Shown here piece by piece: positions 12,719-24,162 of a DNA stretch of 64,000 nt. The DNA is from Macrostomum lignano. Lineage: Eukaryota. The stretch spans positions 3,124 to 67,123 of the forward strand of contig NIVC01000009.1 in the NCBI GenBank assembly GCA_002269645.1, in the 5' to 3' direction. Position 1 is the first letter of the stretch. Every line of letters starts with the position of its first letter. The notes under the pieces were generated by a model. That model saw only the letters and a list, made by a program, of their open reading frames with translations. It searched no databases and was not told the origin of the DNA. The translations under genes and the position numbers were made by a program.

Positions 12719-15700
12719 TTATACCGGCTTGTAATCCAGCTTGGTCTCCAGCTTCTTAGTGTCGGCAATCTTACGCACAGCCTTCATAAAGTCCTCCTCG
12801 ATGACGTAGTCTCGCTCGGCCCTGATAGCGAACATGCCGGCCTCCGTGCACACGTTGCGCAGATCGGCACCATTGAAGCCGTCCGACAGCTTTACGACCG
12901 CCTCCCAGTCAACTTCGCCGTGCTTGGCTATGGGCCCGGAGTGGATCTTGAGAATGTCCAGCCTGCCCAGCTCGTTTGGCAGCTGGATTTCAACTTTGCG
13001 ATCGAGTCGGCCGGGCCGGAGCAGGGCAGGGTCCAGGGTGTCCGGTCGGTTAGTGGCCATGATGATCTTCACCGCGCCCAGGGCATCGAAACCGTCCATC
13101 TGGTTTAGGAGCTGCCAACCGGGTGGATTGAGGGGCAGATTTAAGATTGGAGGGGCGGATCGTGAGGCTGACGGGGCGGATTGTGAGGCTGACGGGGCGG
13201 ATGGTGAGGCTGACAGGGGCGTATTGTGAGACTGAAGGGGCGTATTGTAAAGGTCAAGGGGTGGATAGTCTTCTCTGCAAATAATAAGTAAAACGCACCT
13301 CCATGAGCGTCCGCTGAATCTCTCGATCAGCCGACGTGCCCTCGCTGAACCGGCGACCGCCGATGGCGTCGATCTCGTCCATGAAGATGATGCAGGGCTC
13401 GTGCTCTCGGGCGTAGCCGAACATCTCGCGAATCAGGCGGGCGCTCTCGCCGATGTACTTGTCAACGATTGACGAGGACACCACTTTTAGGAATTTGGCG
13501 TCAATTGACGAAGCGATGGCGCGGGCCAGCAGAGTTTTGCCTGGATGTGCAGAATGGGGGACCCGACTGGCGAAACTAGCTCTCTCTTTAATAAGTTCAA
13601 TACAGCTTTATCTATATTAACAGTCTATCTATTTTACCTATCTATACGAATATATATTATATTTCTTCGTATTTAAATAAAGAAATTGTGAATCTGCTTG
13701 CACTGTGTGTGTGGTTTTTTCGCTTTAACTTCTCCTGGGACCAGTGCAGTAATTTCAAAATTTTCCAGCCGAAGCTTGTACAGTTCATATAACCGCTAAG
13801 CGAAGGATCCTTAACAATCGGAAAGTCGTCTATAATGTCAATACTACCAAGGTGTGTGATCGACAGTGCAGTGTCAGCTTCCACAACATGGCTGACAGCC
13901 GAAGAAATTTGGTGATCGCCAAAGAAATCGCCCAAGAGACCGCGCCGCACAAGACAGGACGGACGGCAACCGTCAACAACGTCGAAATTCAGTGGGGCAC
14001 TGACGACCGCCGCGTCCGGAATCGCCGTCAGGTCAAGTAACCAATTACTGGAAGCCAGGAAGGACGTCGATCCTCCTGATTGGGAAACCGGCTGGCAAGA
14101 AGCCGGTGGCGAAAGACCTTGGCAGACGATACAGCTGCAGCCCTGATCTTCTGCAAACTCGGCTGAAACGCATTGCCATCAAACTAAGGTACCTGAATGT
14201 ACGAGTCGTACGAGTGCTGCTAAGAAAGGTTAGATTAATTTTTTTCTGTTGAAAACGTGACTTTAACAAAACAAACCACCAGCTCACTGGGGGTACCCGT
14301 TTGAAACCTCTTGTCTGATGTGGCGTGTTCGAATGGACTCCACCAAGCCGTCAGCCCTGTGACAACTGCGCAGGGGAGGGAACAACAAATGACTTGCAAG
14401 GTGGAAGGCTTACCAGCCGCGATTTCGGTCGTTCAACCCGGAAACAGCGCCGACAGAGCAGTGGGAGTCTTCTTGGTATTCTTTATTTGGATTTCTATTT
14501 TTTTAGGAAAATTTATTGTAATAGCAACCAACGCTGGCACAAATCACCGGGGAGCCAACGCGGACGACGGAAATGGGGTCTCACGGGGTCTGAATATATA
14601 GGCAGCAAACTGGGGTCGAGGGCGCGGGATGAAAGCGGCAACAGGGGGCTTAGACAACAACATGGGACCAAAATGAGAAGTACCAGCCAATCGCCGAGAG
14701 CGCAACACGGCAGACTGGGACGGCAGTCTGGCAGCCAATCACAAACTATAGGGGCGGCAGCTAGACTTAAAAAATGGGGTGGGGTCGCACGCAAAGAAGG
14801 GGGGTTCAATAAACAGACAATGCCTAGGCAGAGGGGGGGTTGGGGGCTACGCACGCTCAGAAGTGAAGGTGGGTGAGTCAGAAAACATCTGAGGGGGGAG
14901 GACGCCGGACGGCCAGACTGGCCCGGCGTAGGATAGTGTACTCATAATAACACATTCATGACAATAGCAATGGAGACAGTCATGAACAGACGCTACCTCA
15001 ATAGGCACTTTCTCAATCTAGCCAGATTAACGCCCGCAAAAGACATAAGGACTGGAAACTGCCTCCTGTTGAAAAGTCAACAATAACGATCGGCGACGAC
15101 GAAAGTCTCTATATAATCCAGATGTACAATTTGGGTTTGACCCTCCTATAGTAATCGAAGCGATACGTGGGCAGTTGAAAAACTGTAGCTCATCTGTCAA
15201 AGCGGTCATTCTCTTTCCTTGTGGTCATGACCTACCGAGACGATTTGCAGATGTAATCGTGAATCATTGTCGCAAGCCCTTTCTAGAGACAAAATTTACA
15301 CACTTGACTCAGTGGTGGATATCGAGGCAACAGACGGCGTCCGAAGTACTGTGGACAAATTGAACCGCCAGGCAGGGAATCTCAATCTGTCAGACAAGGT
15401 CACACTATCTGGCCAATCCGCCTTGAAAGTCCTAAATATTGTCTATGGCAAAGTGCAAAAAACTAGTAGGTTTCGTGAATGCGGCCAGCAGCCAAGTGTT
15501 GAAATGTATTATGTAAATAATAAACGCCGTTTAATTCACATTCGCCATCCTACGCCAACATATTTGTTTGTCGGGGGGGGGGGGATCCAAAGCTTCAAAA
15601 GCAGCTTTGCTGACTCCTTGATTTTTCAAGCGCTACATTTTTATGGTTTTCGTCGGCACTGAAATCGAACTAAAGGAGATGCACAGGCATCTGAATGGAT

Positions 15701-18700
15701 TCGATAGCAACATCCGACTCACGATGCAATGCAGCGGAGAGAAGATTTAATTACTTCCTGGACTGCTGTGTTAGTCTGACTGACGGAGGCAACAAAAAAG
15801 AGACTCGTGCTCTATCTACTTCAAACCCACCGATTCACGCCAGATCTTGCATCTGGAGTCATTTCACTCAAAGCAAACATTCTGTGAAATCTGTTTCTCC
15901 GATACGCTCGCCGTTGCGCATTTAAAAAAGACTCTGATGAGGCCAGCAGCAGCCTAACAAGCATCCTGAAGAAACAAGGATACTCTGTCCGCTTAATCAG
16001 GGATGCTAAGAAATCTGCTCTCATCCTCCCATCCATATAGGCTTCTACATTGAAGGTTGGTGGGAGTTCCGGCTTCGAGGATTGTGGTAATTAAAGCTGT
16101 CGTCTTTGCAGAGAGCACGTACACTTTGGCTAAGTGTTGTCCAGGATCTAGTGCAACAAAAATGAGATAAAAATATTTGTCAGAAATTCCGCTGACTCTA
16201 GAAATGTGGTGTATGCCATTATGTGCAAGACTTGCTATGACTGCTGTATCTACGTCCGTGAGACTGTAGGCGACTTTAAGCATATCAGAGCGACATCAGA
16301 CTGGCTAAGGACACCCCAATCTCCAGACACTTTCGGTCAACAAGCAATCTTCAGTACTTGCGCTTTATGGGTCTGTGGTTCCCCAGTACTTGAGTGCCTG
16401 ACCACTAAATAGGGAACCTAGCGCAGGCGGAGGAATATGGAGCAGATTGCAGAATCTCATCGCTTTACTACTACAGACTCAGACTCTGGGAGGTTTAAAC
16501 ACATGTTATCACTGAAAAAAGCGTCTGTATCACAATAGTGTTTCGTTTCACGGAGCACTCTGGGCGAGTTGTTCACGAAATTCGCACGGCCATTTTGTAC
16601 TTCTATACTCACGACAAATACTACCAATTTTTTTTAATGTGCCGCCCCTTATTACAGCTTTTTTTCTCAATTATACCCTGGCGAAGACCTAGTTTCCGTC
16701 AAAATAATGGTATATTTATTCGAATTTAAATTTTAAAGAAAGGGTGAATTTTTTCGCACTGTGTGTGTCATTTTTCGTCCTATCTTATCTATCTTATCTT
16801 ATATCTTATCTTATATCTTATCTATGACCGAAAGGATAGATAATAGTTAATGCCAGTCAGACTCACCTGTGCCAGGCGGGCCATACAACAGGCAGCCCTT
16901 AGGCGGGGAGATGCCGACACGCTGGAAAAGCTCGGGATTAAGCAGCGGCAATTCGATAACTTCGCGCAGCTCGCGAATCTGCTCGGACAGGCCGCCAATG
17001 CTAGCGTAGGACACGTCGCCGGGATCCTCGGCGCTCATATTATAAACTAGAGGATCTACTTCGCGCGGCAGGCAGCGCATAATAGTCATGGTGGTCATGT
17101 CGAGAGCTACGCGGGTGCCAGACTTCAGCCGTTTCTTGTCGATACTGCGCCGGCAGCCAACAACATAACGCGGCCCATTGGTGGCCTTTACAATGAATTT
17201 CTCCTCGGTTAGCTGGCGAAGCACTTCGCCAACAATTTGGCCAACACTTTGAAGCGCCTTTAGTGCGTCCTCCGACTTGTCGAATTCTTTTGTTAGGTCG
17301 CGGAGTTTTTCGCGAGCTAAACAGAGTTGGGAATAACAAATTGGAAGTGGATTTTTATTGTTTGCCTTGCAAATCAATATTAAATGTACACATTTATAGC
17401 AGACTGTTGTTATATATTGACTTATTATAAGTAACATCTATTGGGCCATACCCTACCCAACACAAAAACAATACCATTCAAGGACTCTTCCTTGAAGGCC
17501 TTTATTGACTATAGTTTATCATTTAAATGATGTGCAAAGTGCAATATTGTTAACCAGATATGGAAGGAAAGAGAACTGGGGTTGGGATAGTTGTTTAATG
17601 TTTTGCTAATGCTAAAAAACTAACTTTTTAATGTTTTTTGCACCTTTAGATTAAGAAAATGAAGAGATAAATGCAAACCTTTTATGGTAGCCTACAGCCT
17701 TTTCTATAGTGAATATAGGGTTAATACAAAATCTGGTGCTATTTTGTTGAGCAGTTTAGGACTTCAATAGCACTATAATTTTATATAGACATATGGACAA
17801 AGTTTTGGCTTTTATAAATTGTTCTATAGTCTTGATAATCATTTTGTCTTGTGGTGTTCCTTTATATAGGGACTAACTGATTTAATTGGTATGGTATCCA
17901 CACTTTTTGGTTCATATGCTTTTTAGTAGAGGTCAGACGGGATTCCGATCCTGATCCCGAAATCTCGGGATCCCAAAGAAAATTGAATTCCCGCGGGACC
18001 AGAATCCTGACCCTAAAAAACTCAAGATTTGGGAACAGGTTTTTTGATTAAAAATTTATAGAATTAGTGATTACTTGAAGGTATTTTGCTTTAACTTGTA
18101 CTCGTTACATTATTTACTTTGTTGGTTACAAAACTTCATATCAATTTCATTGTTTTACTTCTTGATCTTGACAATCTTTTCTCAATTTTGTTTAACTTTA
18201 CATGGACAATACACTAAAAGACCTGATCCCAATTCTCAAATCCCAATCCCGATCCCAATCCCGAGAAAAAAATTATTCCCAATCCCGATCCCGCCCAAAG
18301 ATTTCAATCCCGTCCAACCTCTACTTTTCAGTATTTGATATTTCAGTAGTTGTCTTTTTGGTGCCTAAATTATAAATTAGATTTAGATGCAAAATAGAAA
18401 GTAGGTCCTAATTTAACAATAGATGCTTTGCAATACTTTTTACTTTAAATAACTAAACTATTATTTATTTTGTTGTGCTGAAATTCTATTTTAATTGTGA
18501 ATTTTTAAGTGATAATAACTTTTTAAAAATCAATATTATATAATTTGCTATATTTATAATTTCAATTGAAACTTATATGTATTATTGATAGATTTCATCT
18601 CTACCTAACAAATCTTCTTAGTGTGTATGCTTTGTATAGCATATAGATAGACATTCTGCATAGACATTCTTTGTAATGAGTTTAGGGTAGGCACAAAATT

Positions 18701-20501
18701 TGGTGTAATTTGGTTGAGTGGTTTGGGAGTCTATAGCAATTAAAATTATACATGGGGCCTTTACAGACAGACAGACAGATATATAGTTTTCATTTTTATA
18801 GATAAAGATATAACATGCACATATATGATAATTCTAACACACACATGCGCAACAGTTGACCGAGTTGGCCAATCTGGCCGACCAATTTGGCAGCCAACGA
18901 TGGAAGTTGCAAAAATGCCCACCCAAAAAAATACCAAAGTGTAGCACTAAGTAGCTGATGAGGCATTTTGACTTAATAAGACAGTCATAGTTACCTCTGC
19001 CGTTTATCCAAAGTTGCATTAATTTTGCATTAGGGTTTTTTACATGTAAGTCGCATTTTTGGCCAAAAACTACATCGCATTTTTGTTAATACTAATTAAT
19101 ACTAAGTCGCATGGCCGACCAAATTTTGGAGGTTGCGCATATATGTTCTAACATGTATATGGCTAAGAAGCAATCATTATAAAATATAATTGTTATTGTT
19201 ATGGTGACCATATAAATAGCAAGATGGTTATTTTTAGAGTTAACACTTGAAACAAATACTATCTAGATGAAGTGATAAACTATAATTTGAGCTAGGCCTA
19301 AGTCTATAAAATTTAATAAAAAAAGAAACATTATTAATAAATATATTGCTATAATATTGACTTCTAATACTTTTTTTTGCCATCTTTAGCTGGTTTATTT
19401 TAGGTAATTGCGAAACTATTACATTGTAATTTAAATGAAATTTTTTTTATGACTATAAAAATAGCCATTTTGCTTACATATACCGATTGTCCATGTGGAC
19501 AATTTTAGTGTATTGTCCATGTAAAGTTAAACAAAATTGAGAAAAGATTCTCAAGATCAAGAAATAAAACACAATGAAATTGATATGAAGTTTTGTAACC
19601 AACAAAGTAAATAATGTAACAAGTACAAGTTAAAGAAAATACCTTTAAGTAATCACTAATTCTATAAATTTTTAATCAAAAGACCTGTTCCCGAATCTTG
19701 AGTTTTTTAAAGTCAGGATTCTGGTCCTGTGAGAATTCAATTTTCCTTGGGATCCCAAGATTTAGGGATTGGGATCCCATCCGACCTCTAATGGTCACCA
19801 TAAAAAAACAACTGCTATTATAAAAACTATACATATGTGTATATGACATTGCAATTTAAAGTGCATAATGCTTTATTGTGCAAGATAGGATAACAAGAAG
19901 AATAGGATGTACAAGAATCTAAGATAGGTTCTTGATTTAGCATTTACTACTATACAATGAATAGATTCTAGATCCTAGTGGTCTTCTTCCATTTTTTCAC
20001 CTTCCAATTTCTCCTAGAAAAGACAATTTGTCATGGCACCCTTCATTGTCTAATGTCCATAATATTTGAGCTTTCTTTGCTTGATGATTTCCTACAGATT
20101 CTGGTTCCTTTCCCAATACCAATACCTCATTAACTTTTCATTTCTCCAAACCCAGTCTACAATACAAAAGATTGGATGGGATAACTTAACTTGAAAAACT
20201 CAATTTTTTATGGCATTCTATCTATCTTTTTACAGCATTCTTTTATTATGGCAAAAGTTTTATGGCATTATATAGTATTCATATTTTAGGTTTATGTGAA
20301 AAGCAAAAAGGTTAATTAAAAACTTATTAGTAAGAGAAAAAATTAGTTGCAACGCAAGTAAATCAATATCTTACCCTCCTTGAGCTTGGCCTCCAATTCA
20401 CGATGCTCCATTAATTTTTTTCTATAATCTGACAGTGTTTTTTCTCGAAGGGAGACGCCCGCTTGAGCTTCCTGCCCCGCAGGTGTAGCTGACTGAATCA
20501 T
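12719..20501 (-). CDS. PSMC6: 26S proteasome AAA-ATPase Rpt4 (regulatory subunit 10B), 403 aa, 4 exons
   Basis: Exons 20501-20375 ([28 protein letters not shown]), 17316-16867 ([20 protein letters not shown]), 13540-13299 ([39 protein letters not shown]), 13111-12719 (..[11 protein letters not shown]). All phases compatible. Walker A/B motifs and the Rpt4-typical C-terminus are present. Confidence 0.97.
13150..13250. repeat. Short ~21-bp repeat (ggggcggattgtgaggctgac) in Rpt4 intron 3
   Basis: 4-5 degenerate copies. Confidence 0.7.
13658..16778 (+). mobile_element. Decayed Penelope-like element (RT + GIY-YIG) in Rpt4 intron 2, antisense to host
   Basis: Frameshifted motifs in order: IYTLD (~15295), FTF..RQ..GSK (~15535-15590), [31 protein letters not shown] (15631), [53 protein letters not shown] (GIY-YIG, ~16203), GGLN (~16490). 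A ~65-bp imperfect direct terminal repeat (..gtgaat..gcactgtgtgtgt..ttttcg) lies at 13658-13720 and 16711-16778. Confidence 0.85.
16673..16713 (+). ncRNA. Degenerate minimal type I hammerhead ribozyme in the Penelope 3' terminal repeat
   Basis: ATACC-CTGGCGA-A-GAC(ctagtttcc)GTC-AAAA-TAAT-GGTAT. Stems I and II pair; the core deviates from CUGANGA/GAAA at two positions. Confidence 0.4.
17927..18323. mobile_element. hAT-type MITE
   Basis: TIRs TAGAGGTCAGACGGGATT / AATCCCGTCCAACCTCTA; flanking 8-bp duplication ctttttag / cttttcag (7/8). Confidence 0.75.
19503..19790. mobile_element. Truncated, inverted second copy of the same MITE
   Basis: Diverged reverse complement of ~17927-18220, ending ..ccgacctcta. 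Confidence 0.8.
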
Positions 20502-20833
20502 ATTGAGGATATTTAATAAATTATGAAAGTAAAGCTTTTAAGGAAAGATTCTACCCAATTTAATTTATATCTTTAAAGACAAAACCTGTATCGTGAGAAT
20601 GGTCTCGTCCGCGTTGCTCAACTCAAGTAAGATATTTTTCAGCACAATTTAAAAAATCTCTTCTCGTTGTAGTTTAATCGCCCAATAAACTACTAAATTT
20701 AAATTAAATACACAAAGAATATTAAGTGTTCTTATTTGCGCAGTTGATTAATAAAAATATTATTTAAAAGTATTTACTTTGTTTAAGTGTGAGCAAGTGC
20801 AAAATATTAAAAAAAGTATCGGACCGTGTCAAC

Positions 20834-21424
20834 GGGTGCAGCCCATTTCGGCGAAGGAATTTTCGGCGAAAGACGCTTCAGCGAAAGTGAATTTTAAGTT
20901 TCAATAGATTTACATTTCGGCGAAAGAAAGTGACCAGTTCGGCGAAAAGATGGGCTACGTATATATTGCAAATATACCACTTTGGTGATTGAAGCTTTTA
21001 ATAAATTGTTCATAGCTGCAAATTATTTGCAGCTAGGAAATTTAAAAACTCATGACTTAGCTCGTAGCTATGTTATGTACATGCGATCTATCGATATGCA
21101 GTCGATAGATTAGGGATGATTACGGTGTGGTTTTTCAGATTAAATCCCAGGCTCCTAAAATCGTACTTTGAAATTCCGCCGTAATGGAAGGGCATCTAAT
21201 AAAAAAACTAAATTAAACTGCGACAAAACAAAAACATGTTTAGATAAAATTAGTCTTTTTAAAGTTCGTCGTTTTTTAAACTTACTTCTAAAACAAAAAG
21301 CTTCTCAGCGAAGCTTGGAATAAATTTTTCGCCGAATGGTCAGCTTTAAACGAAATGGTCATTGCGAAAGTATTTTTCGCCGTTATTGACTTTCGCCGAA
21401 AATTCTTTCGCCGAAGTTGAAACC
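20834..21424. mobile_element. Non-autonomous DNA transposon (MITE) upstream of Rpt4
   Basis: Subterminal inverted repeats ttcggcgaaggaattttcggcgaaag / ctttcgccgaaaattctttcgccgaa; flanking direct repeat gtgtcaac at 20826-20833 and 21425-21432. Confidence 0.7.
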
Positions 21425-21630
21425 GTGTCAACTGGTATTTCGCAGCCCATTATAACACATTATAACATTTTTTGTCAATGCAGTATTTGATTGCAGAGAA
21501 AACTATTTTTGTAAGAGTAATAAAATAAATAACTATAATTTTTATTTGATTTTTTTATTCTTGTTTTCATTATAAAATTAAATTATTATCATTTTTTATA
21601 CGGTCCCGTGCAAATAACGAGTGCCTTAAC

Positions 21631-21924
21631 CAAGGACGACTCAATTCGAAGGACGGGAAACATAGCTCGTCTCTTGGAAAATTTGAGGAGGCTGGTTCCT
21701 AATTTTCTGAACGACAGGCTTTATAAAAAATCAATACAGCTGTCAGAAAGGCACAACGTATCAAAAGATGAGCACTGCTGGGTCTGCCTCCTATCGAAAG
21801 CAGCAATATTTTTTTGTGCTGAAAAAATGAAAACTTCCTATTTCCGTAGTGTATTTTTCTGAAAAACTTGCCTCCTAAAATTTTCTTGGAAACGAGGTTT
21901 CCAGTTCTACTTGAGTCGTCCTTG
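21631..21924. mobile_element. Possible MITE
   Basis: Perfect 14-bp inverted repeat caaggacgactcaa / ttgagtcgtccttg; no TSD seen. Confidence 0.4.
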
Positions 21925-22414
21925 ACATGTATGACGTACATTTAATAACGTAATTATACATGTAGAATTAATTACACACATATGTAAATTTTGTATGTAA
22001 TATGTAAATTTTGTAATGTCCTTGCTGTACTGGTCCTGCTCGTAGTCTACTAATATACGCAGTCTTACTACGTAGTTCTCACAACTGCACTTATCAAGGG
22101 CGCGGCGGAGATTATGTTTCAATGCATACTTTTCAGCAGCTAACTGCTGCTAGTGCATTGCGAGTACAGTCGGAAAGAGAATTCAATCCAGTATTTCTAA
22201 AAATAGAACTTACGACAAGCCCGTCATTTGGTACCTTGTAGTTTTACCGCATACTGCAATGCCTCGGCAAAAAAGGAAATTACGTAGAACCTAATTTTAA
22301 TTTTTTTCAGGACTCGACAGTCGCTTAGACAATGTACATAATAAGCTATAAGAAACTAGCTAGTCAGTTTTTAGAGTTGCAATTGCCTCCATAACAACGC
22401 GCATTCAAAACACA

Positions 22415-22865
22415 ATGCCAGCAAGTGTTCCGCAGCAATCTGCCAGTATTCAACGGGTGTCTCAGTCGACAATCGCATGGCCTACCCGGATTGACTTCGA
22501 TGGCAAGCTTTGTAAGTTTATGGTTTTATGGTTTTATGCCATTATGTATACATATAGATAGCGTAGCGTTATGCCCTGAAAAGTATACGAATTCACTAAT
22601 CCACACCAAAATCACAGCTGGCGATTTCGAGTCTCCAGCAAATCAAAGCAGCATTTCTGAGCAGCAGCATCAAGAAACGGTACGAAAGGAATTTCACCGC
22701 TTCAGTCCCGTCTTGATTGACAAGCTCGGCTTTCCACCTGAACTGGTCTGGCGGGCAGTGGAGGACAGCACAGCGACCGGAGAGATGCTCAGCGTCAGCC
22801 GATTGGCTGTACGAACTCAGCAGCTGTGGGACTCCAGTCTGACCTCCGAAGATAACCAACAATGA
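22415..22865 (+). CDS. Small two-exon orphan protein (114 aa) with IAP-type UBA-like C-terminal motif
   Basis: Exon 22415-22511 (acaATG MPASVPQQ..FDGKL; donor GTAAGT), 106-nt intron with CTAAT branch site, exon 22618-22865 (..VLIDKLGFPPELVWRAVEDSTATGEMLSVSRLAV..*). Phase 1 on both sides; AATAAA near 22984. Confidence 0.55.
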
Positions 22866-24162
22866 AGCATCAGGGAACAAAAAAAAACTGTGAAAATACC
22901 GTTGTAAAGTAACAATTGAAATGCCCTTCATCGATGTTCATCACTGAAAACTGTCGCAGAAGAGCCGCGACTGCTGTAACAGTAATAAAACAAATTTGGC
23001 GTTACCGTTATTACATGCAAGCTACATCTGCTAAAAAGGGCGCTTGTTAAGGATCAAAGCTCATATACGAATCAGTAAATTATTGTGAAGTAAAATCTTG
23101 TTAATAAACAGACTCTATCAGAATAGCAGACAATTCGATTTAAGCTTCTTAAGAAGGGCTGGATACATAAGAAAGCAGTCACGTGATAAAATTTGTACTT
23201 GGTCGGGAGTAGATATACATTGGGAAGCAACTGTGACCTACTTGGAGAAAACTAATTACGAGCTACCATTGTGCCGGCCGGAGCAGCTCAGCGGTAAAGT
23301 GGAGACTGCCTGACAATTAGAAAGTCAGGCCCACTGTACACCCTGTGTGAGCTTGTGTACAGTATTGGCGCACTTGTATGTGCTCAGGACTCAGCGGATT
23401 GGGCAGAACAGCTTCAGTGCTGCTGCTTGTGTTGGACGATGTCGCCAAAGTCCCTCCCTGCACAGGCCTCCTGCAGTTATTATTTATGAAGCAGTGTTCA
23501 AAGCTTCTTCATTTTGGACCGTGTTTCACTTTCAATGTTATATTTATACCCTGCTACACAGGTTGAAAAAAGTTTGATATAAATCAAAATCGGTCTCGGT
23601 GCTCTGGTCTCGAAAGATTTCGTTGTTGTTAAAACGGGAGGCAATAAAATTCCTGCCCTAATCTCTCGGGCCTTTCTTAGCCGAGCGCGTCCCTGTGCAG
23701 CTGATTTCGTGGAAATTCTGCGGGACCAATGAGCTGCGAGCGGCATAGCCAAATCACAATAGACGATCTTATCGCATCACGTGACTGAACCCCCCCCCCT
23801 GCACCTGCCAGCGACTCTATAGATTCTTCTGTGCAGCTGCTGCTACAAGTAGACTGGGGACCGTTTTTTGTGAATTACCACTGCGTGTGCGAATCGACGG
23901 GGATTTTTTTCGGTTGGGAGCTGCACCCGGCTGGCTGGGGGGCAGAGAAATTCTGAGCTATGGGTGAGAAAAATCGATAAAAATCATATCCCAATCGGAC
24001 AAGAAGGCTGATCGCTAGACCCTCCGGATTCCTCTGTTCAGCCAAGGGTGGGTCGGGCTGTTATTAAAGCGGAAACCAAGACGTTGGACGGTTCAGAGCT
24101 CGCTGCTCGTAGTTAAATTTGCATAGCTTATATCTGCCGAACCTGTTTGCCGAACCTGCGCC

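Noticed and set aside
14900-14935. GC-rich hairpin acgccg..ggccag-a-ctggcc-cggcgt in the Penelope 5' region
   Set aside because: Could not fit an HDV-like or other ribozyme topology; short GC hairpins arise by chance
15993-16283. Minus-strand ORF with FVALDPGQ, resembling a TnpB/Fanzor RuvC-I motif
   Set aside because: It is the antisense shadow of the Penelope GIY-YIG region on the + strand; no RuvC-II/III or zinc finger follows
18845-19140. 9-bp inverted repeat atgcgcaac / gttgcgcat, and a similar weak pair at ~9334-9417
   Set aside because: TIRs too short and no TSD, so not called as MITEs
23330-23540. GC-richer segment with a 9-bp hairpin (actgtacac/gtgtacagt) and short ORFs
   Set aside because: No recognisable protein or RNA family; stem too short for a miRNA precursor
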